A stretch of 64,000 nt of DNA from Gammaproteobacteria bacterium (lineage in GTDB: Bacteria > Pseudomonadota > Gammaproteobacteria > CAJXQU01): contig CBDEGZ010000003.1 in assembly GCA_965238175.1 (NCBI GenBank), forward strand, positions 352,001-416,000. Direction: 5' to 3'. The notes beneath the pieces are model-generated. The model was not told where the DNA came from. It did no database searches and worked only from the letters and a program-made list of their open reading frames with translations. Position 1 is the stretch's first letter; each line of letters starts with the position of its first letter. Below are positions 50,567 through 62,673 of the stretch, piece after piece. The position numbers were made by a program, and so were the translations under genes.

Positions 50567-53449
50567 TCAATCTTCTTCTATTAGTTTGTTCCAAATTTTT
50601 GTTACGCCTTCTCGATATGCTTTATATTCAGTTTCAGAGACAAGCGCCGGTTTTTCTTGCAGGGCTAGTTGATGACTGTCTGCGCGATAACTAAAATAAG
50701 CGTCGCGCAATAATTCCGTTTCTTCAGTTTTTAGTAATTTCAAATCAGACAGAGTCTCAAGCAATCTTAAATTGTCTGTGTAAGTTTTTAATTCCTTATG
50801 ATCCGTCGCCCAACACAACACACTATATTGTACTATAAATTCAATATCGGCCATCCCTCCGATACCCTGTTTTAAATCAAACATCCCTTTAACCTTTTTT
50901 GCCAGATTTTCGCGCATCTTTTCGCGCATCTCTCGAACGTCTTTTTTCAGTTCTTTTTGATTCCTTTTTCGCGATAAAATCGAACTGCGCACATTATTAA
51001 ATGCATCCCGGATCACATGACCACCTGAAATTGATCTGGCGCGAACTAATGCCTGATGTTCCCAAGTCCATGCTTTCTCTTGTTGATATTCTGCAAAGGC
51101 CTCCATACTCGTTACTAAAAATCCAGACATTCCACTGGGTCGCAGACGCGTATCAATTTCATAGGTTCTTCCTGCCTGCGTTACTGCAGTCAAAATATGG
51201 ATCAATCGTTGGCCTAGCCGATTGAAAAAGACATTATTATCGACCTGTTTTTTACCATCAGTAAATTGAGCTTCTCCATGACTATCATGAACAAAAACAA
51301 CATCAAGATCAGATCCATATCCCAATTCAAGCCCTCCTAATTTCCCATAGGCAATGATCGCGAAATTCGCCGAAACATTTTTTCCCTTGCTTGTAAAACA
51401 AGGCTTACCATAACGTGCGACCATTTCTCCCCAGGCAAGATCTGCTGCAGCAGAAAGTACTACCTCAGCAATACAAGATAAGTAATTACTTACTTCAGCT
51501 AAGGGTGATTTTCCTGTTATATCAGCAGCAGCAATACGCAGTACTTGTGAATGTCTGAAATGTCTCAAAATATCCATTTGTCTTTCTAAATCATCTTGAT
51601 GCACATTGAACAATTGATCATTGATAAATGTTACAAGTTCAATTTGTTCAGGTGATGAGTATAAGCTTTCACGGTCAATTAACTCATCCAATAAAATAGG
51701 TTGATTGGAAATGTAATCTGCAATCCAGGGGCTTACCGCACATAGTTTTATCAATCTCCCTAACGCATCGGGATGCTCCTTTAGTAAAGATAAATAAACA
51801 CTACGTTTAACCACCGAGTCAATTAAGTTGAGTACTCGTTGTAGCGCGACAGTTTGATCATTATTTGCGACATTAGAGATCCCTTCCAAAACGAGTGGCA
51901 TAAGCCGATCGAGGCGTTCTCGTGCATCATTGCTTAATTGTGCAAGAGCGTATACTTCCCGTGTTTGATCAATCATCTGCAGAATTTCTAACGGCTGATC
52001 AAAACCCAATTTTACCAATGCTTGTTCTGCATCTTCCTGATCAATTTCATTCATCCAAACGGCGGTTAAATCTGTTGATACTTTATCTTTTTCTTCGTCT
52101 TCACCGGTTTTGAGCAATGAAGCGAATCGAGTTGAAACACGACCACGATGTTTATCAAGCTCTAGTAAAAACCCCTCCCAATTCTCAAAACCCATTCCAA
52201 AAGCAACTCTTGCTCGATCAAGTTCTGATGTAGGCAATGCTTGTGTTTGTTGATCCGCAATTTCTTGAATGCGATGTTCAGTATTACGTAAAAAGACATA
52301 GGCTTCTCGCAGATCTTTTTGTTCTTTTTTATTTAAAATTTCCAGATTTTCTAATACCGACAGAACTTCAAGAATTTTTCTGGCTTGTAACTCAGGTTCA
52401 CGTCCCCCTCGTAGCAACTGAAAAGTTTGTCCGATAAATTCCACCTCCCGGATCCCTCCTGGGCCTAGCTTCACATCGCTTGTCATCCCTTTACGTAATA
52501 CTTCACGATCGATCATTTCTTTCATTTTACGAATTGCATCATAAGCACCGTAATCTAGATAACGTCGAAACACGAAAGGTTGTAGCATCTTCATCAATCC
52601 AGCACCGGCGCCTTTATCGCCGGCAGCAATGTTGGCTTTGATCATCGCGTAGCGCTCCCAGTCACGTGCATGGGAGACATAATATTCTTCCATCGCGTCA
52701 AAATTTAAAGCCAACGCACCACTTTCCCCAAATGGCCGGAGGCGCATATCCATGCGAAAAACAAAACCATCTTCGGTCATCTCATTAAAGACCTTGATCA
52801 ATTGTTTGCCGAGACGAATAAAAAATTCCTGATTGTCTAAGGATTTTTTCAAGCCCATTTTTTGAGCATTTGTTTCACCGGCTTCTGGGAAAGCAAAAAT
52901 TAGATCAATATCAGATGAAAAATTAAGCTCATGCGCGCCCAATTTTCCCATCGAGACAATGACCATTTTTTGTAACTCGCCATCTTCGTTTGCTGGTTGT
53001 CCAAAACGTTCGGCTAACCATTGATGCAATAAGGATAATGTTTGATCGAGCATTTCTTCAGCCAATAAAGACAAATCACTGGTTGTTTCTTCGAGATCTA
53101 CAAACCCCGCAATATCGCGCCATGCTATGCGCACCATCTCGCGATTACGGAATTGACGCATCACACACATCAGATCCTCTTCTTCTTCAATGCCGTTTAT
53201 TTTTTTTTTAAACAGTTTTGTGTAATCTTTGCGTGTACGTTTTTTTTCCAGATCAGAGTTGATAATAAGTTGCTTAAATTCTTGTGGATAGCGCAGACAA
53301 TAATTTGCCACAAATTGACTGCATGACAGAACTTTTTTTGCTACAGGATTATTGATCAAGTCTGCCAGATCAGAGTCTAGCTCAGATAATAAACATTTGA
53401 TCTGTTGGTCTAGTATTACAGGAAGTGTCTCAGAGGATTTTTTAGCCAT
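50567..53449 (-). CDS. glnE: Glutamine synthetase adenylyltransferase / adenylyl-removing enzyme
   Basis: Two NTase domains MGKLGAHELNFSSDIDL and YGKLGGLELGYGSDLD; RLRPFG/RLRPSG; WEHQAL. Confidence 0.97.
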   Translation of the reverse strand: MAKKSSETLPVILDQQIKCLLSELDSDLADLINNPVAKKVLSCSQFVANYCLRYPQEFKQLIINSDLEKKRTRKDYTKLFKKKINGIEEEEDLMCVMRQFRNREMVRIAWRDIAGFVDLEETTSDLSLLAEEMLDQTLSLLHQWLAERFGQPANEDGELQKMVIVSMGKLGAHELNFSSDIDLIFAFPEAGETNAQKMGLKKSLDNQEFFIRLGKQLIKVFNEMTEDGFVFRMDMRLRPFGESGALALNFDAMEEYYVSHARDWERYAMIKANIAAGDKGAGAGLMKMLQPFVFRRYLDYGAYDAIRKMKEMIDREVLRKGMTSDVKLGPGGIREVEFIGQTFQLLRGGREPELQARKILEVLSVLENLEILNKKEQKDLREAYVFLRNTEHRIQEIADQQTQALPTSELDRARVAFGMGFENWEGFLLELDKHRGRVSTRFASLLKTGEDEEKDKVSTDLTAVWMNEIDQEDAEQALVKLGFDQPLEILQMIDQTREVYALAQLSNDARERLDRLMPLVLEGISNVANNDQTVALQRVLNLIDSVVKRSVYLSLLKEHPDALGRLIKLCAVSPWIADYISNQPILLDELIDRESLYSSPEQIELVTFINDQLFNVHQDDLERQMDILRHFRHSQVLRIAAADITGKSPLAEVSNYLSCIAEVVLSAAADLAWGEMVARYGKPCFTSKGKNVSANFAIIAYGKLGGLELGYGSDLDVVFVHDSHGEAQFTDGKKQVDNNVFFNRLGQRLIHILTAVTQAGRTYEIDTRLRPSGMSGFLVTSMEAFAEYQQEKAWTWEHQALVRARSISGGHVIRDAFNNVRSSILSRKRNQKELKKDVREMREKMRENLAKKVKGMFDLKQGIGGMADIEFIVQYSVLCWATDHKELKTYTDNLRLLETLSDLKLLKTEETELLRDAYFSYRADSHQLALQEKPALVSETEYKAYREGVTKIWNKLIEED

Positions 53450-53516
53450 CCCTCATTCTAAACCGTCGAAGAATAAAGGCAAAAGTTCAAGCTACAGGAA
53501 AACACTTTACTTATTG

Positions 53517-54338
53517 TTATCTCGGGTTATAAAAACCAAAACAAGCTCGGAAGAGCACGACTAATAGTGAAAAATTATCCCGCATGCCGTTTATTTTGGT
53601 CGGAATTTCTCCCTGAGGATATTGCCTGTTTGTAGGTAGCTCTATGCATAAAAACCCAAGCTTTGGTGCTCTATATGACAAGTAAGCCAATAGTTCGTAG
53701 GTCATAAAAATATCTCGGAAGGGCGCTATTCTTTCATCAAGTAATAATTTACGACTGTATGCACGAAAACCTTGTGTGGTATCTGTCCAGCGAAATCTGG
53801 AAAATAAACTCAACATTGGTGCATGGATATAGCGAATAGCGAAATCACGTGATTTAGGCGTATTCTTTTGCGCTCCTCCTTCGATATAACGAGATGCTTG
53901 TATGAAATCAACTCCCTTTTTTAAAGTGTTAATAAAATCAGAAATAGGATCAGGATCATCTTTATCATTTCCATCAATGGTTATGATCCCTTCATATCCT
54001 TGCTCTAGTGCAAATGCATAGCCACAACGAAGTTGGGCGCTCAACTTACCTGGCCCTGTTTTTTGCAATAAACCTTTGACGCCTTTACTTGTAAGCAGAG
54101 TAGGTTCCAGCGAACCATCGGTAGACCCCCCATCGATGATGATGATATCTGCAAACTGTTCTATTTTTAACACCGACATCTTATCAATAAGAGAAATAAT
54201 CCTATTACCTTCGTTAATAACTGGGATAACGACACAATAGTCCTGTTTGCGCTGCTCCCAAAAAAGCACTTCGTATGCCGGAACTTTCCAATTCGTGTGA
54301 TCTTTAGATATTGATCCTTTATTTGTCGTCAAGTTCAT
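53517..54338 (-). CDS. GT2 glycosyltransferase (polyprenol-phosphate sugar synthase-like)
   Basis: VIPVINEG, DGGSTDGS, TIDGNDKD, ASRY..GG, DTTQGFRAYS. Confidence 0.88.
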   Translation of the reverse strand: MNLTTNKGSISKDHTNWKVPAYEVLFWEQRKQDYCVVIPVINEGNRIISLIDKMSVLKIEQFADIIIIDGGSTDGSLEPTLLTSKGVKGLLQKTGPGKLSAQLRCGYAFALEQGYEGIITIDGNDKDDPDPISDFINTLKKGVDFIQASRYIEGGAQKNTPKSRDFAIRYIHAPMLSLFSRFRWTDTTQGFRAYSRKLLLDERIAPFRDIFMTYELLAYLSYRAPKLGFLCIELPTNRQYPQGEIPTKINGMRDNFSLLVVLFRACFGFYNPR

Positions 54339-54344
54339 CTGAAA

Positions 54345-54701
54345 TCACCCCACATGCGATGCTATCAAAGTAACACCGAGGATCACCAGAATAATCCCTA
54401 ACGCGATAGTCCAGTGAAAGGGCTCACGTAATACCAACGCTGAAAACAGTGCGATCACGGTTATCGTTCCGGAGGTTAATAGTGGGTGTGCTACGTTCAA
54501 AGGAAAACGAGATAGTGATGCGGCATATAACAAGAATGCACCTCCGTAGAGAACTAACCCTAGCCAGAAAGGCCAGTTTCGAAGTGCGGCCATAGGATCA
54601 GCTAAGGAAGGAAAAGTATGGGGTGGCATCATCGCGTACTTAACCATAATACTGGCCGAAGCATTTGCAGCAATACCTAAAATAAGAATGATCCACTTCA
54701 C
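54345..54701 (-). CDS. SMR/EamA-like 4-TM protein (candidate lipid-sugar flippase)
   Basis: 118 aa, four hydrophobic helices, LY...LSRFPLNVAHP, LREP, GIILVILGV. Confidence 0.8.
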   Translation of the reverse strand: MKWIILILGIAANASASIMVKYAMMPPHTFPSLADPMAALRNWPFWLGLVLYGGAFLLYAASLSRFPLNVAHPLLTSGTITVIALFSALVLREPFHWTIALGIILVILGVTLIASHVG

Positions 54702-55534
54702 GATTTTAAACCTGTATTAGTATTTCTATATGACATGATCGCTACTTTGATAGCACGTTCAATTGCGACAATATGAGACTCATTTTTTGTTGCTAACATC
54801 TCGATGCTGATAATATGGTTCGGTAAAGATTTCAGTAAGAATTCTGCATTTGTAGCATGATCACAACCACCATCACCTAGAGGCAATAGATCTGGTTCGC
54901 TGGCATGTATATGCCCAATCAGAGAAGAATAGTCTTTCAGTATATCCTCGGCGTTTTCACCATTGATGGTAAGTGCTCCAGTATCGTACTGCATTTTGAT
55001 CGAGGGGTGATCAATTTGACGAACCATATAAGCCGTTTCTGCGCCGGTTGTCATAAAGTTTGCACCGTAACACTCAGGGTTGGGTTCTAGACAAAGGATA
55101 ACTCCATATGAAAGTGCAATATCACCGAGCTTACGGAAGAAATTACTAGCCATTTCATTAGCTTCATTCTCACCTAACGATCCTTTATCTCTATTTTTAG
55201 GGGAACCAAAAACCAGTCGAGTGGCATTAAGTCCAGCACCGATCCGACATATTGATTCTAGATGCTGCAACATTGCTTTCTGGCTTTTATCAGCCCCAAA
55301 TACATTTAATCCTGATGTACCGAAAAGTAATGCCTGCATACCGGTAATTTCGATGCCCCGATCATCCCACCACTGGCGAACTTGGGCTATCTCTTGATCA
55401 GTTGCATGTGTCGGATCAGAAAAATATTTCCCCGGAGCAATATCGATCGCATCAATATTGTATTGATGAAGTAACTTTACGATAGAGGCATCTTCCGTCG
55501 TATCCCAGGCAATATTCGATATCGCCAACCTCAT
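54698..55534 (-). CDS. Sugar-phosphate isomerase/epimerase (TIM barrel)
   Basis: MRLAISNIAW, MQALLF, LVFGSPKNR, CLEPNP..YG, DTG, HIHASEP, SIEM. Confidence 0.85.
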   Translation of the reverse strand: MRLAISNIAWDTTEDASIVKLLHQYNIDAIDIAPGKYFSDPTHATDQEIAQVRQWWDDRGIEITGMQALLFGTSGLNVFGADKSQKAMLQHLESICRIGAGLNATRLVFGSPKNRDKGSLGENEANEMASNFFRKLGDIALSYGVILCLEPNPECYGANFMTTGAETAYMVRQIDHPSIKMQYDTGALTINGENAEDILKDYSSLIGHIHASEPDLLPLGDGGCDHATNAEFLLKSLPNHIISIEMLATKNESHIVAIERAIKVAIMSYRNTNTGLKS

Positions 55535-56325
55535 TTTATTTCGCCCATTTTCGATTTAGCCGTAACAGGTTCAGATTGTGCGTAAGCACGAATAGCCTGA
55601 ATAGTGTCAGATCTGGAATATTGATAGTGACCTGAAACCCCGAAAAGATTTGCATATTGTGTGCGGAAATCATACACGGCTGGACTTCTGGACAAAACAT
55701 GATCGAATGACTTACCAAACCCCGACATTGATGCATCTCTTACACTAATTGGCTCCGCTGTCAGGTGGATAAGCTTTAGCCCAGCGACAAGGCAGGTTTT
55801 GATGTCAAACCATAAATTAACCATAGGATAAAACTGGAAAACGCCACGACTATCAATGGCATCAAGATTGTTATTATTCAAAAAATCATAGATAACATTT
55901 TTGAGCAAACCCGGACCGACAAGACCAGGTAGACGAACAATCAAACATTCAGGGAAGTGACTTTCAACAAACTTTTCCAACCTTCTCCTGTTCAGACCAT
56001 AAGCTTGCAGGCCATCTTCATTTACCACAACAGTTTCATCTACTTCTAATACATCTTTATACACATCCACCGTGCTGATCAAAATAAACGTTTTACACCG
56101 GACAGTTTTCAGACGGGCGATTAAGCTTTCAATATTTTCAGAATCTTCTTTAGGATTTTTATTCGCAATCCATTTTTTTGCAGACGCACCCGCACAAACA
56201 ATAGTGTCGAATGTTTGCCCTTCAATCTCACGAATATTCGTTGAGCGATAGAGTGATGTAAACGTTGTTTGTTTTAGTAGTGTGCTACCGACAAACCCGG
56301 TGTGCCCAATTAATGCTTTTTTCAC
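55531..56325 (-). CDS. NAD(P)-dependent epimerase/dehydratase-like protein
   Basis: ALIGHTGFVGS, LISTVDVY, YGLNR (Arg in place of the YxxxK Lys), VRLPGLVG. Confidence 0.82.
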   Translation of the reverse strand: MKKALIGHTGFVGSTLLKQTTFTSLYRSTNIREIEGQTFDTIVCAGASAKKWIANKNPKEDSENIESLIARLKTVRCKTFILISTVDVYKDVLEVDETVVVNEDGLQAYGLNRRRLEKFVESHFPECLIVRLPGLVGPGLLKNVIYDFLNNNNLDAIDSRGVFQFYPMVNLWFDIKTCLVAGLKLIHLTAEPISVRDASMSGFGKSFDHVLSRSPAVYDFRTQYANLFGVSGHYQYSRSDTIQAIRAYAQSEPVTAKSKMGEIK

Positions 56326-56367
56326 AAAACTTCCTCAATCACACTACAATTGAAAGTGTTTTTAATC

Positions 56368-57492
56368 TTATACAAAGCTTTCAGCATCGAGTCTCTCAAA
56401 TACATCATAAATATTATCAATTTTACCACCGAGGATAGAATAACAGTTTGGTAGTTCCGGATGTTTTTCATACAAAATTGGCCTACCATCATCCACCTCA
56501 TTTTTCACCAAAACAGTTTTGATCTCAAACAACGACTCGACATAGTTTGCTTCTGAAATAGCCAAAAGATATCTTGCAGTATCACGTAACATACGATCTA
56601 CTCGGCTTAAGCGCTCGTAATGGTTCATTTTTGTATAAGGATTATTATCAGACTCATCACTCCAATCTAGATGCGGTGTATACCGTACATGTGAGAGCGT
56701 GTGTAACCCGCGTGAAGGAAATGGCATCATTGAAAAAAATGGTCCATCCATTACAGTAATTCCTAAACCTTCAAGGGAAGGGGGCATCTTTAAAAGCGCC
56801 ATCTCTGTGATCTCATGTTTAAGCTGTGTAGCAGTCCCAGGATAATCTCCCGACAACTGGTTTAACCCACTGTATGTACAATTAAAAACATAATCGCCAA
56901 ATATAGATTCTTCTTTCTTGTGTTTAGTTTCAACGACGACATTGAGTCCTTTAGATCCTTTTAAAATATTGGTTACTCGGGTGTCAAAACAAACTTTTAC
57001 GCCATACTTTTTCAGTTCTTTTTGCACACTCTCAGCAAGCTTTTTCGAATCGAAAACATATTCTTTAACTAAATAAGCACTTTCGATCAGACGCGGTTCA
57101 AATAATGAAAAAACATTTGAGCCAGCAGTCTCTATTTCCGCACCAATTTCATCACAAAACCGCTCAAATTGAGTAGCGGTAACCTTGGAATTCTTACGTG
57201 CAATAGCGTATATATTCTCGAAATCTTGTCTGATTACCTCAGGCCAATCTTGTATAAATCGCGAAAGATTTATTCTACTTCGACTCGCTGTCGTTAAACT
57301 GCGTGGATAGTGATAGCCATTATGTACCCGAGCCTGATTATTATACGAAGCTCGCGTCATCAAAGCAGATTCCTGCTCAACTACCAGTATATTTTTAAGC
57401 CCCCGATACTTGGCAAGATAAATAGCAATAAGCGAACCGTAAACCCCTCCCCCAATAATCACCGCTTGCTGGGTTAAATCATGATCAAGCAT
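56368..57492 (-). CDS. FAD-dependent oxidoreductase (DAO-like)
   Basis: IIGGGVYG, RASYNNQARVHNGYHYPRS, TVMDGPF, GGKID. Confidence 0.88.
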   Translation of the reverse strand: MLDHDLTQQAVIIGGGVYGSLIAIYLAKYRGLKNILVVEQESALMTRASYNNQARVHNGYHYPRSLTTASRSRINLSRFIQDWPEVIRQDFENIYAIARKNSKVTATQFERFCDEIGAEIETAGSNVFSLFEPRLIESAYLVKEYVFDSKKLAESVQKELKKYGVKVCFDTRVTNILKGSKGLNVVVETKHKKEESIFGDYVFNCTYSGLNQLSGDYPGTATQLKHEITEMALLKMPPSLEGLGITVMDGPFFSMMPFPSRGLHTLSHVRYTPHLDWSDESDNNPYTKMNHYERLSRVDRMLRDTARYLLAISEANYVESLFEIKTVLVKNEVDDGRPILYEKHPELPNCYSILGGKIDNIYDVFERLDAESFV

Positions 57493-58517
57493 TAGGGCTC
57501 AGGTTTTACGTAACTTTCGGTATTCCCAGAATTGTTTAACACCCCTTCTTCGATATTCAGTTTCTCATGACGGGTAATAAGAGCACTGGAGAACTCCTGT
57601 GCAACATGATATTTGGGACCTTCGTTGGTAAGGCTTGCCATATGAAGAATATATTCACCGAGAATAAGGAGTACAATAGATATCAGGAAAAACATCCCTG
57701 ATTGCTGAAGAGATAAACTAACCCATCCCGCTGCCACATCATCTTTTAGCAAAGCAATAGCGAGAATATAGACTGAATAAATCAAGTTTGCCGCTGCTCC
57801 AAATAAAGACAGCGTTGTGACAAGACGCATTGGCGTATGAGTCGTTGAAACTAATAAACGGATCCCCTGATCAAGACTCGTTCTTAAATGTTTTTTCCTG
57901 GCAAACGTAGGAACACTGCTGTATTTCAGATTAACGCGTGAAAACCCACCTGTTGCAGGGAGGTGTCGATATGTTATTGCTGGCTGTGGATGTTGCAAAA
58001 TGAAGTTGACAACGTTCTTACTCAGCACTCGATAGGGTGGAGCTTCTTCAGCTAAACGAATATCGTTAAACCATTTATAAAGCCGATTGAAAATAGAATT
58101 TGCATATCGATAAGAACGACTCGAAGCAACTTTTTGATCATTACTTGCAAAAACTACATCGATACCATTTGTCGCCTTCTCCAGCATTACTGGTAGAAAC
58201 TCAAGACCCTCCGTAAAGGGATCTATTGCAACAACAAAATCTCCCAGTGAGTTTTCAAGCCCTAATGAAGACGCAGTATCTTTATCGACCTCTTTGGTCA
58301 ATGCATAGACTTGCAGATTAGGAAGACCATTTTCACCTGCCAGACTTTTCAGAATTGAAATACTATCGTCTTCAGATGCGTTATCAACAATAATCAATTC
58401 ATAATCGCTAACCAGATCAGCAAGAAAACCGGTTGTCTCTTTAAGTAAGTTTTCGACAAGTTCAGATTGATTTCTTAATACAACAATGACTGAAAGAAAC
58501 ACTGGGAAAAAGGGCAC
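57492..58517 (-). CDS. GT2 glycosyltransferase with two C-terminal TM helices (GtrB/ArnC-like)
   Basis: YELIIVDNASED, DVVFA, two TM helices ending ILGEYI; GTG start. Confidence 0.82.
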   Translation of the reverse strand: MPFFPVFLSVIVVLRNQSELVENLLKETTGFLADLVSDYELIIVDNASEDDSISILKSLAGENGLPNLQVYALTKEVDKDTASSLGLENSLGDFVVAIDPFTEGLEFLPVMLEKATNGIDVVFASNDQKVASSRSYRYANSIFNRLYKWFNDIRLAEEAPPYRVLSKNVVNFILQHPQPAITYRHLPATGGFSRVNLKYSSVPTFARKKHLRTSLDQGIRLLVSTTHTPMRLVTTLSLFGAAANLIYSVYILAIALLKDDVAAGWVSLSLQQSGMFFLISIVLLILGEYILHMASLTNEGPKYHVAQEFSSALITRHEKLNIEEGVLNNSGNTESYVKPEP

Positions 58518-58674
58518 TTAAATACTCTCACGTCTCGCACCAAATACTGAGGTACAAGCAGAAGTTATGAATGAAGAGTTAGTATAATTTGAACACCCAA
58601 ATAAGTCACCTGTAAACTGTTTAGACTCTGTGTTTTAGAACTTTTTGTCTAAAACTTATAAAACCATCCAAAAT

Positions 58675-58705
58675 AAAAAGCCCCGCTGTCAGAAACAAAC
58701 GGGGC
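58675..58705 (-). terminator. Rho-independent terminator after groEL
   Basis: AAAAA-GCCCCG...CGGGGC. Confidence 0.65.
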
Positions 58706-58770
58706 CTTCAGGTTCTAAAGAATATCCTTAATTAAAAGATATTTCTTCAAACAAACAACATAAATGTAGA

Positions 58771-60438
<1,668 letters not shown>

Positions 60439-60460
60439 TTAAATTCGATTTTAGTTCTGA

Positions 60461-60748
60461 TTATTCGATAACGCCCATGATGTCATCTTCGCGCATGACA
60501 ACCACTTCTTCACCATCAATTTTAATCTCAGTTCCAGAATATTTACCAAATAGAACTGTATCGCCTACTTTCACATCAAGCGCTTGTATATTGCCTTGAT
60601 CGTTAGCTTTACCAGAACCAGCAGCGATTACTTCGCCACGCATTGGTTTTTCAGTTGCAGAATCAGGGAGAACAATCCCGCCTGCACTTGTAGTTTCTTC
60701 TTCCATACGGCGTACAACAACGCGGTCATGTAATGGACGGATTTTCAT
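60461..60748 (-). CDS. groS: Co-chaperonin GroES
   Basis: [37 protein letters not shown]. Confidence 0.99.
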   Translation of the reverse strand: MKIRPLHDRVVVRRMEEETTSAGGIVLPDSATEKPMRGEVIAAGSGKANDQGNIQALDVKVGDTVLFGKYSGTEIKIDGEEVVVMREDDIMGVIE

Positions 60749-60799
60749 CTTTTAAGGTCTCCTAAAAACAGATAAAAGTTAAACAAACAGATTAAATTA

Positions 60800-60826
60800 G
60801 TAGCACTCTATCGAGGTGGTTGCTAA
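60800..60826. promoter_or_regulatory. CIRCE-like operator (HrcA)
   Basis: GTAGCACTC-N9-GGTTGCTAA versus consensus TTAGCACTC-N9-GAGTGCTAA, upstream of groES. Confidence 0.7.
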
Positions 60827-60838
60827 TTATAGGTTTGC

Positions 60839-60866
60839 ATATGGGGCTGTCAAGATAAACTTCAAG
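60839..60866 (-). promoter_or_regulatory. Sigma-32 promoter of groESL
   Basis: Minus strand CTTGAA-N14-CCCCATAT. Confidence 0.85.
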
Positions 60867-60889
60867 TACAATTGGTCAATTAAAATAGA

Positions 60890-61550
60890 ATTCCTTCAAA
60901 ACCAGAGCTTTCAGGTGGATAAAATAAGATCACTTAGCCGTACCTTCATCAAAAGAAGTGAAAAACTTGCGCCTATCAATCTGCCACTTTCGCCACGCGA
61001 AAAAAGAGCCAAAGCAAAGAAAGCCTTGAAACGTCTGAGAACCATCGGCCACATCCTGCTCCGTGAACTCAGACACAAGCTCCCCAGTCACTGCCTTTCG
61101 AGTGCCATCAAAAAACCTTTTATGCTATGAGCGAGTACTGGCACAACAGCCCAAAGATAAAAACAAAACCTACTCACTACATGACAACCATACTTTACCT
61201 GACGTATTCATGCATATCGAAACGTCACGGGCAAAGCCGTCCACAACCGTTTGCGTTCGAGACTATCGCAGCCATCATTGGCTATCTGAAATCAGATTTT
61301 CGGATATCAAGAAACTTCCTCAAAGGTATATCAGGCAATGAAATTAATCTGCTAATGACAGCACTGTCTGGAACTTGAAGAAATGGCTAGTCGCCATTTA
61401 TCTGGCCTTATTTTTGTGGCTTAAAAGGTATGCTATACAGAATCAAAATCAACCCAGCATCAATGCAACGTTAAATCGAGGTTGCTCAGAGCCAAAGGCT
61501 TCTCTGGCAAATATCCATATCGTAAGTTGAAACTTTTTCAGAGGCGACTA
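60890..61550 (+). pseudogene. Heavily deleted IS5-family transposase remnant
   Basis: Fragments in shifting frames: AKAKKALKRLRTIG..LLRELRHKL, VLAQQPKDKNKTYSLH, IIGYLKSDFRISRNFLKG...INLLM; end-like CTTTTTCAGAGGCGACTA near 61550. Confidence 0.75.
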
Positions 61551-61837
61551 CTTTAGTGAATTTAATGCATTTTATGATGAGCGTGCACAAGCCTTACCGG
61601 ATACGCTCCCTGAAATGTTCGAAAACCGCGCATGGAAAGAGGTTGTCGATAAGGCTGGCGGCGTTAGCATTCAGTACATATAACCAAGAAAGGAAAACAA
61701 TAAATGTCATTAGAATATATCAATGTTTGTTTTAGAACAGCCGGACTTTAGATTGTGTTTCAATATTTTTACATATTGAAATTGAACCCGTTTTTTCAAT
61801 CGGTGAAAAGCTTAATAAAATTAACGAAGAAGCCTAT

Positions 61838-62101
61838 ATGAGTGTCAAAGTCCAAAAACTGGACGCCCTTAGTAAATCGTAAAATTGAGAGTGTAGAAGT
61901 GATCTGGCATTGGGTGAGGCCGGTATATTCGAGAAGAAAACGTACTACCCTCAAAACGTCTTACTAAAGTTTTCGGGTGAGGCCTCAGTCGTAATATCTA
62001 CAATGGAAATAACTGATACTTCTCATTGGGGTATGGCTGACAATATTGTGGTATTTTTCAATGAACAAGTGGCTAGCAAATATAAGGCTTTAAATGCATA
62101 A
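61838..62101 (+). pseudogene. Degraded cassette ORF ending in attC
   Basis: Coding-like frames joined by an apparent frameshift near 61915; stop TAA lies within the GCATAAC inverse core. Confidence 0.45.
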
Positions 62102-62208
62102 CAAAGCTGTCATAGGGACATTTTTTGCTTTGCTGTGTTGGGGGGTGGCTACGCCACTTTACCTCAAAACCCCACTACACAAAAATGCCCTATACTGCAG
62201 CGTTATGT
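62096..62208 (+). repeat. Integron attC site 1 (113 bp)
   Basis: R'' GCATAAC, L'' GT(C)ATAGG pairing L' CCTATAC with one extra base, palindromic interior, R' GTTATGT. Confidence 0.85.
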
Positions 62209-62232
62209 GATTACGAAAGTGAGTTCCAAGTA

Positions 62233-62673
62233 ATGAAAGGTGTAATATTCGTTGGTCTGCAAGCCAGTGGTAAGTCCTATTTTTATCTCAGGAAGCTTTA
62301 TAAAACTCACCTACGCCTTAATATGGATATGCTAAAAACACGGCATAGGGAAAATATTCTATTTAATGCATGCTTGGAATCGAAACAACCTGTTGTAATT
62401 GATAATACTAACTCTACGAAAAATGAGCGTGAAAAATACATTAGCGGTTTTAAGAATCACCGTTTTGAGGTTATAGGGTTTTACTTTGCTTCCAGCTTGT
62501 CTGAATGCTTAGAAAGGAATGCATCCAGAAAGGGTAAAGAGAGAATACCAGACGTAGGTCTGAAAGGAACATACAGTAAGCTGGAATTGCCTACTTATTC
62601 TGAAGGTTTTGACAAGTTGTATTATGTATCCATGAAAAATGATGAATTTCTCATAGAGGAGTGGCAAAGATGA
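62233..62673 (+). CDS. P-loop kinase, polynucleotide-kinase/AAA_33-like
   Basis: Walker A GLQASGKS, VVIDNTN, lid RNASR, EGFD; true start ATG 62233 (the longer ORF runs through attC). Confidence 0.85.
   Translation: MKGVIFVGLQASGKSYFYLRKLYKTHLRLNMDMLKTRHRENILFNACLESKQPVVIDNTNSTKNEREKYISGFKNHRFEVIGFYFASSLSECLERNASRKGKERIPDVGLKGTYSKLELPTYSEGFDKLYYVSMKNDEFLIEEWQR

Noticed and set aside
60816-61378. Three ORFs as independent genes
   Set aside because: They are frameshifted pieces of one IS5-family transposase remnant
62125-62232. N-terminal extension of the kinase ORF
   Set aside because: It is translated attC sequence; the Walker A strand begins right after ATG 62233
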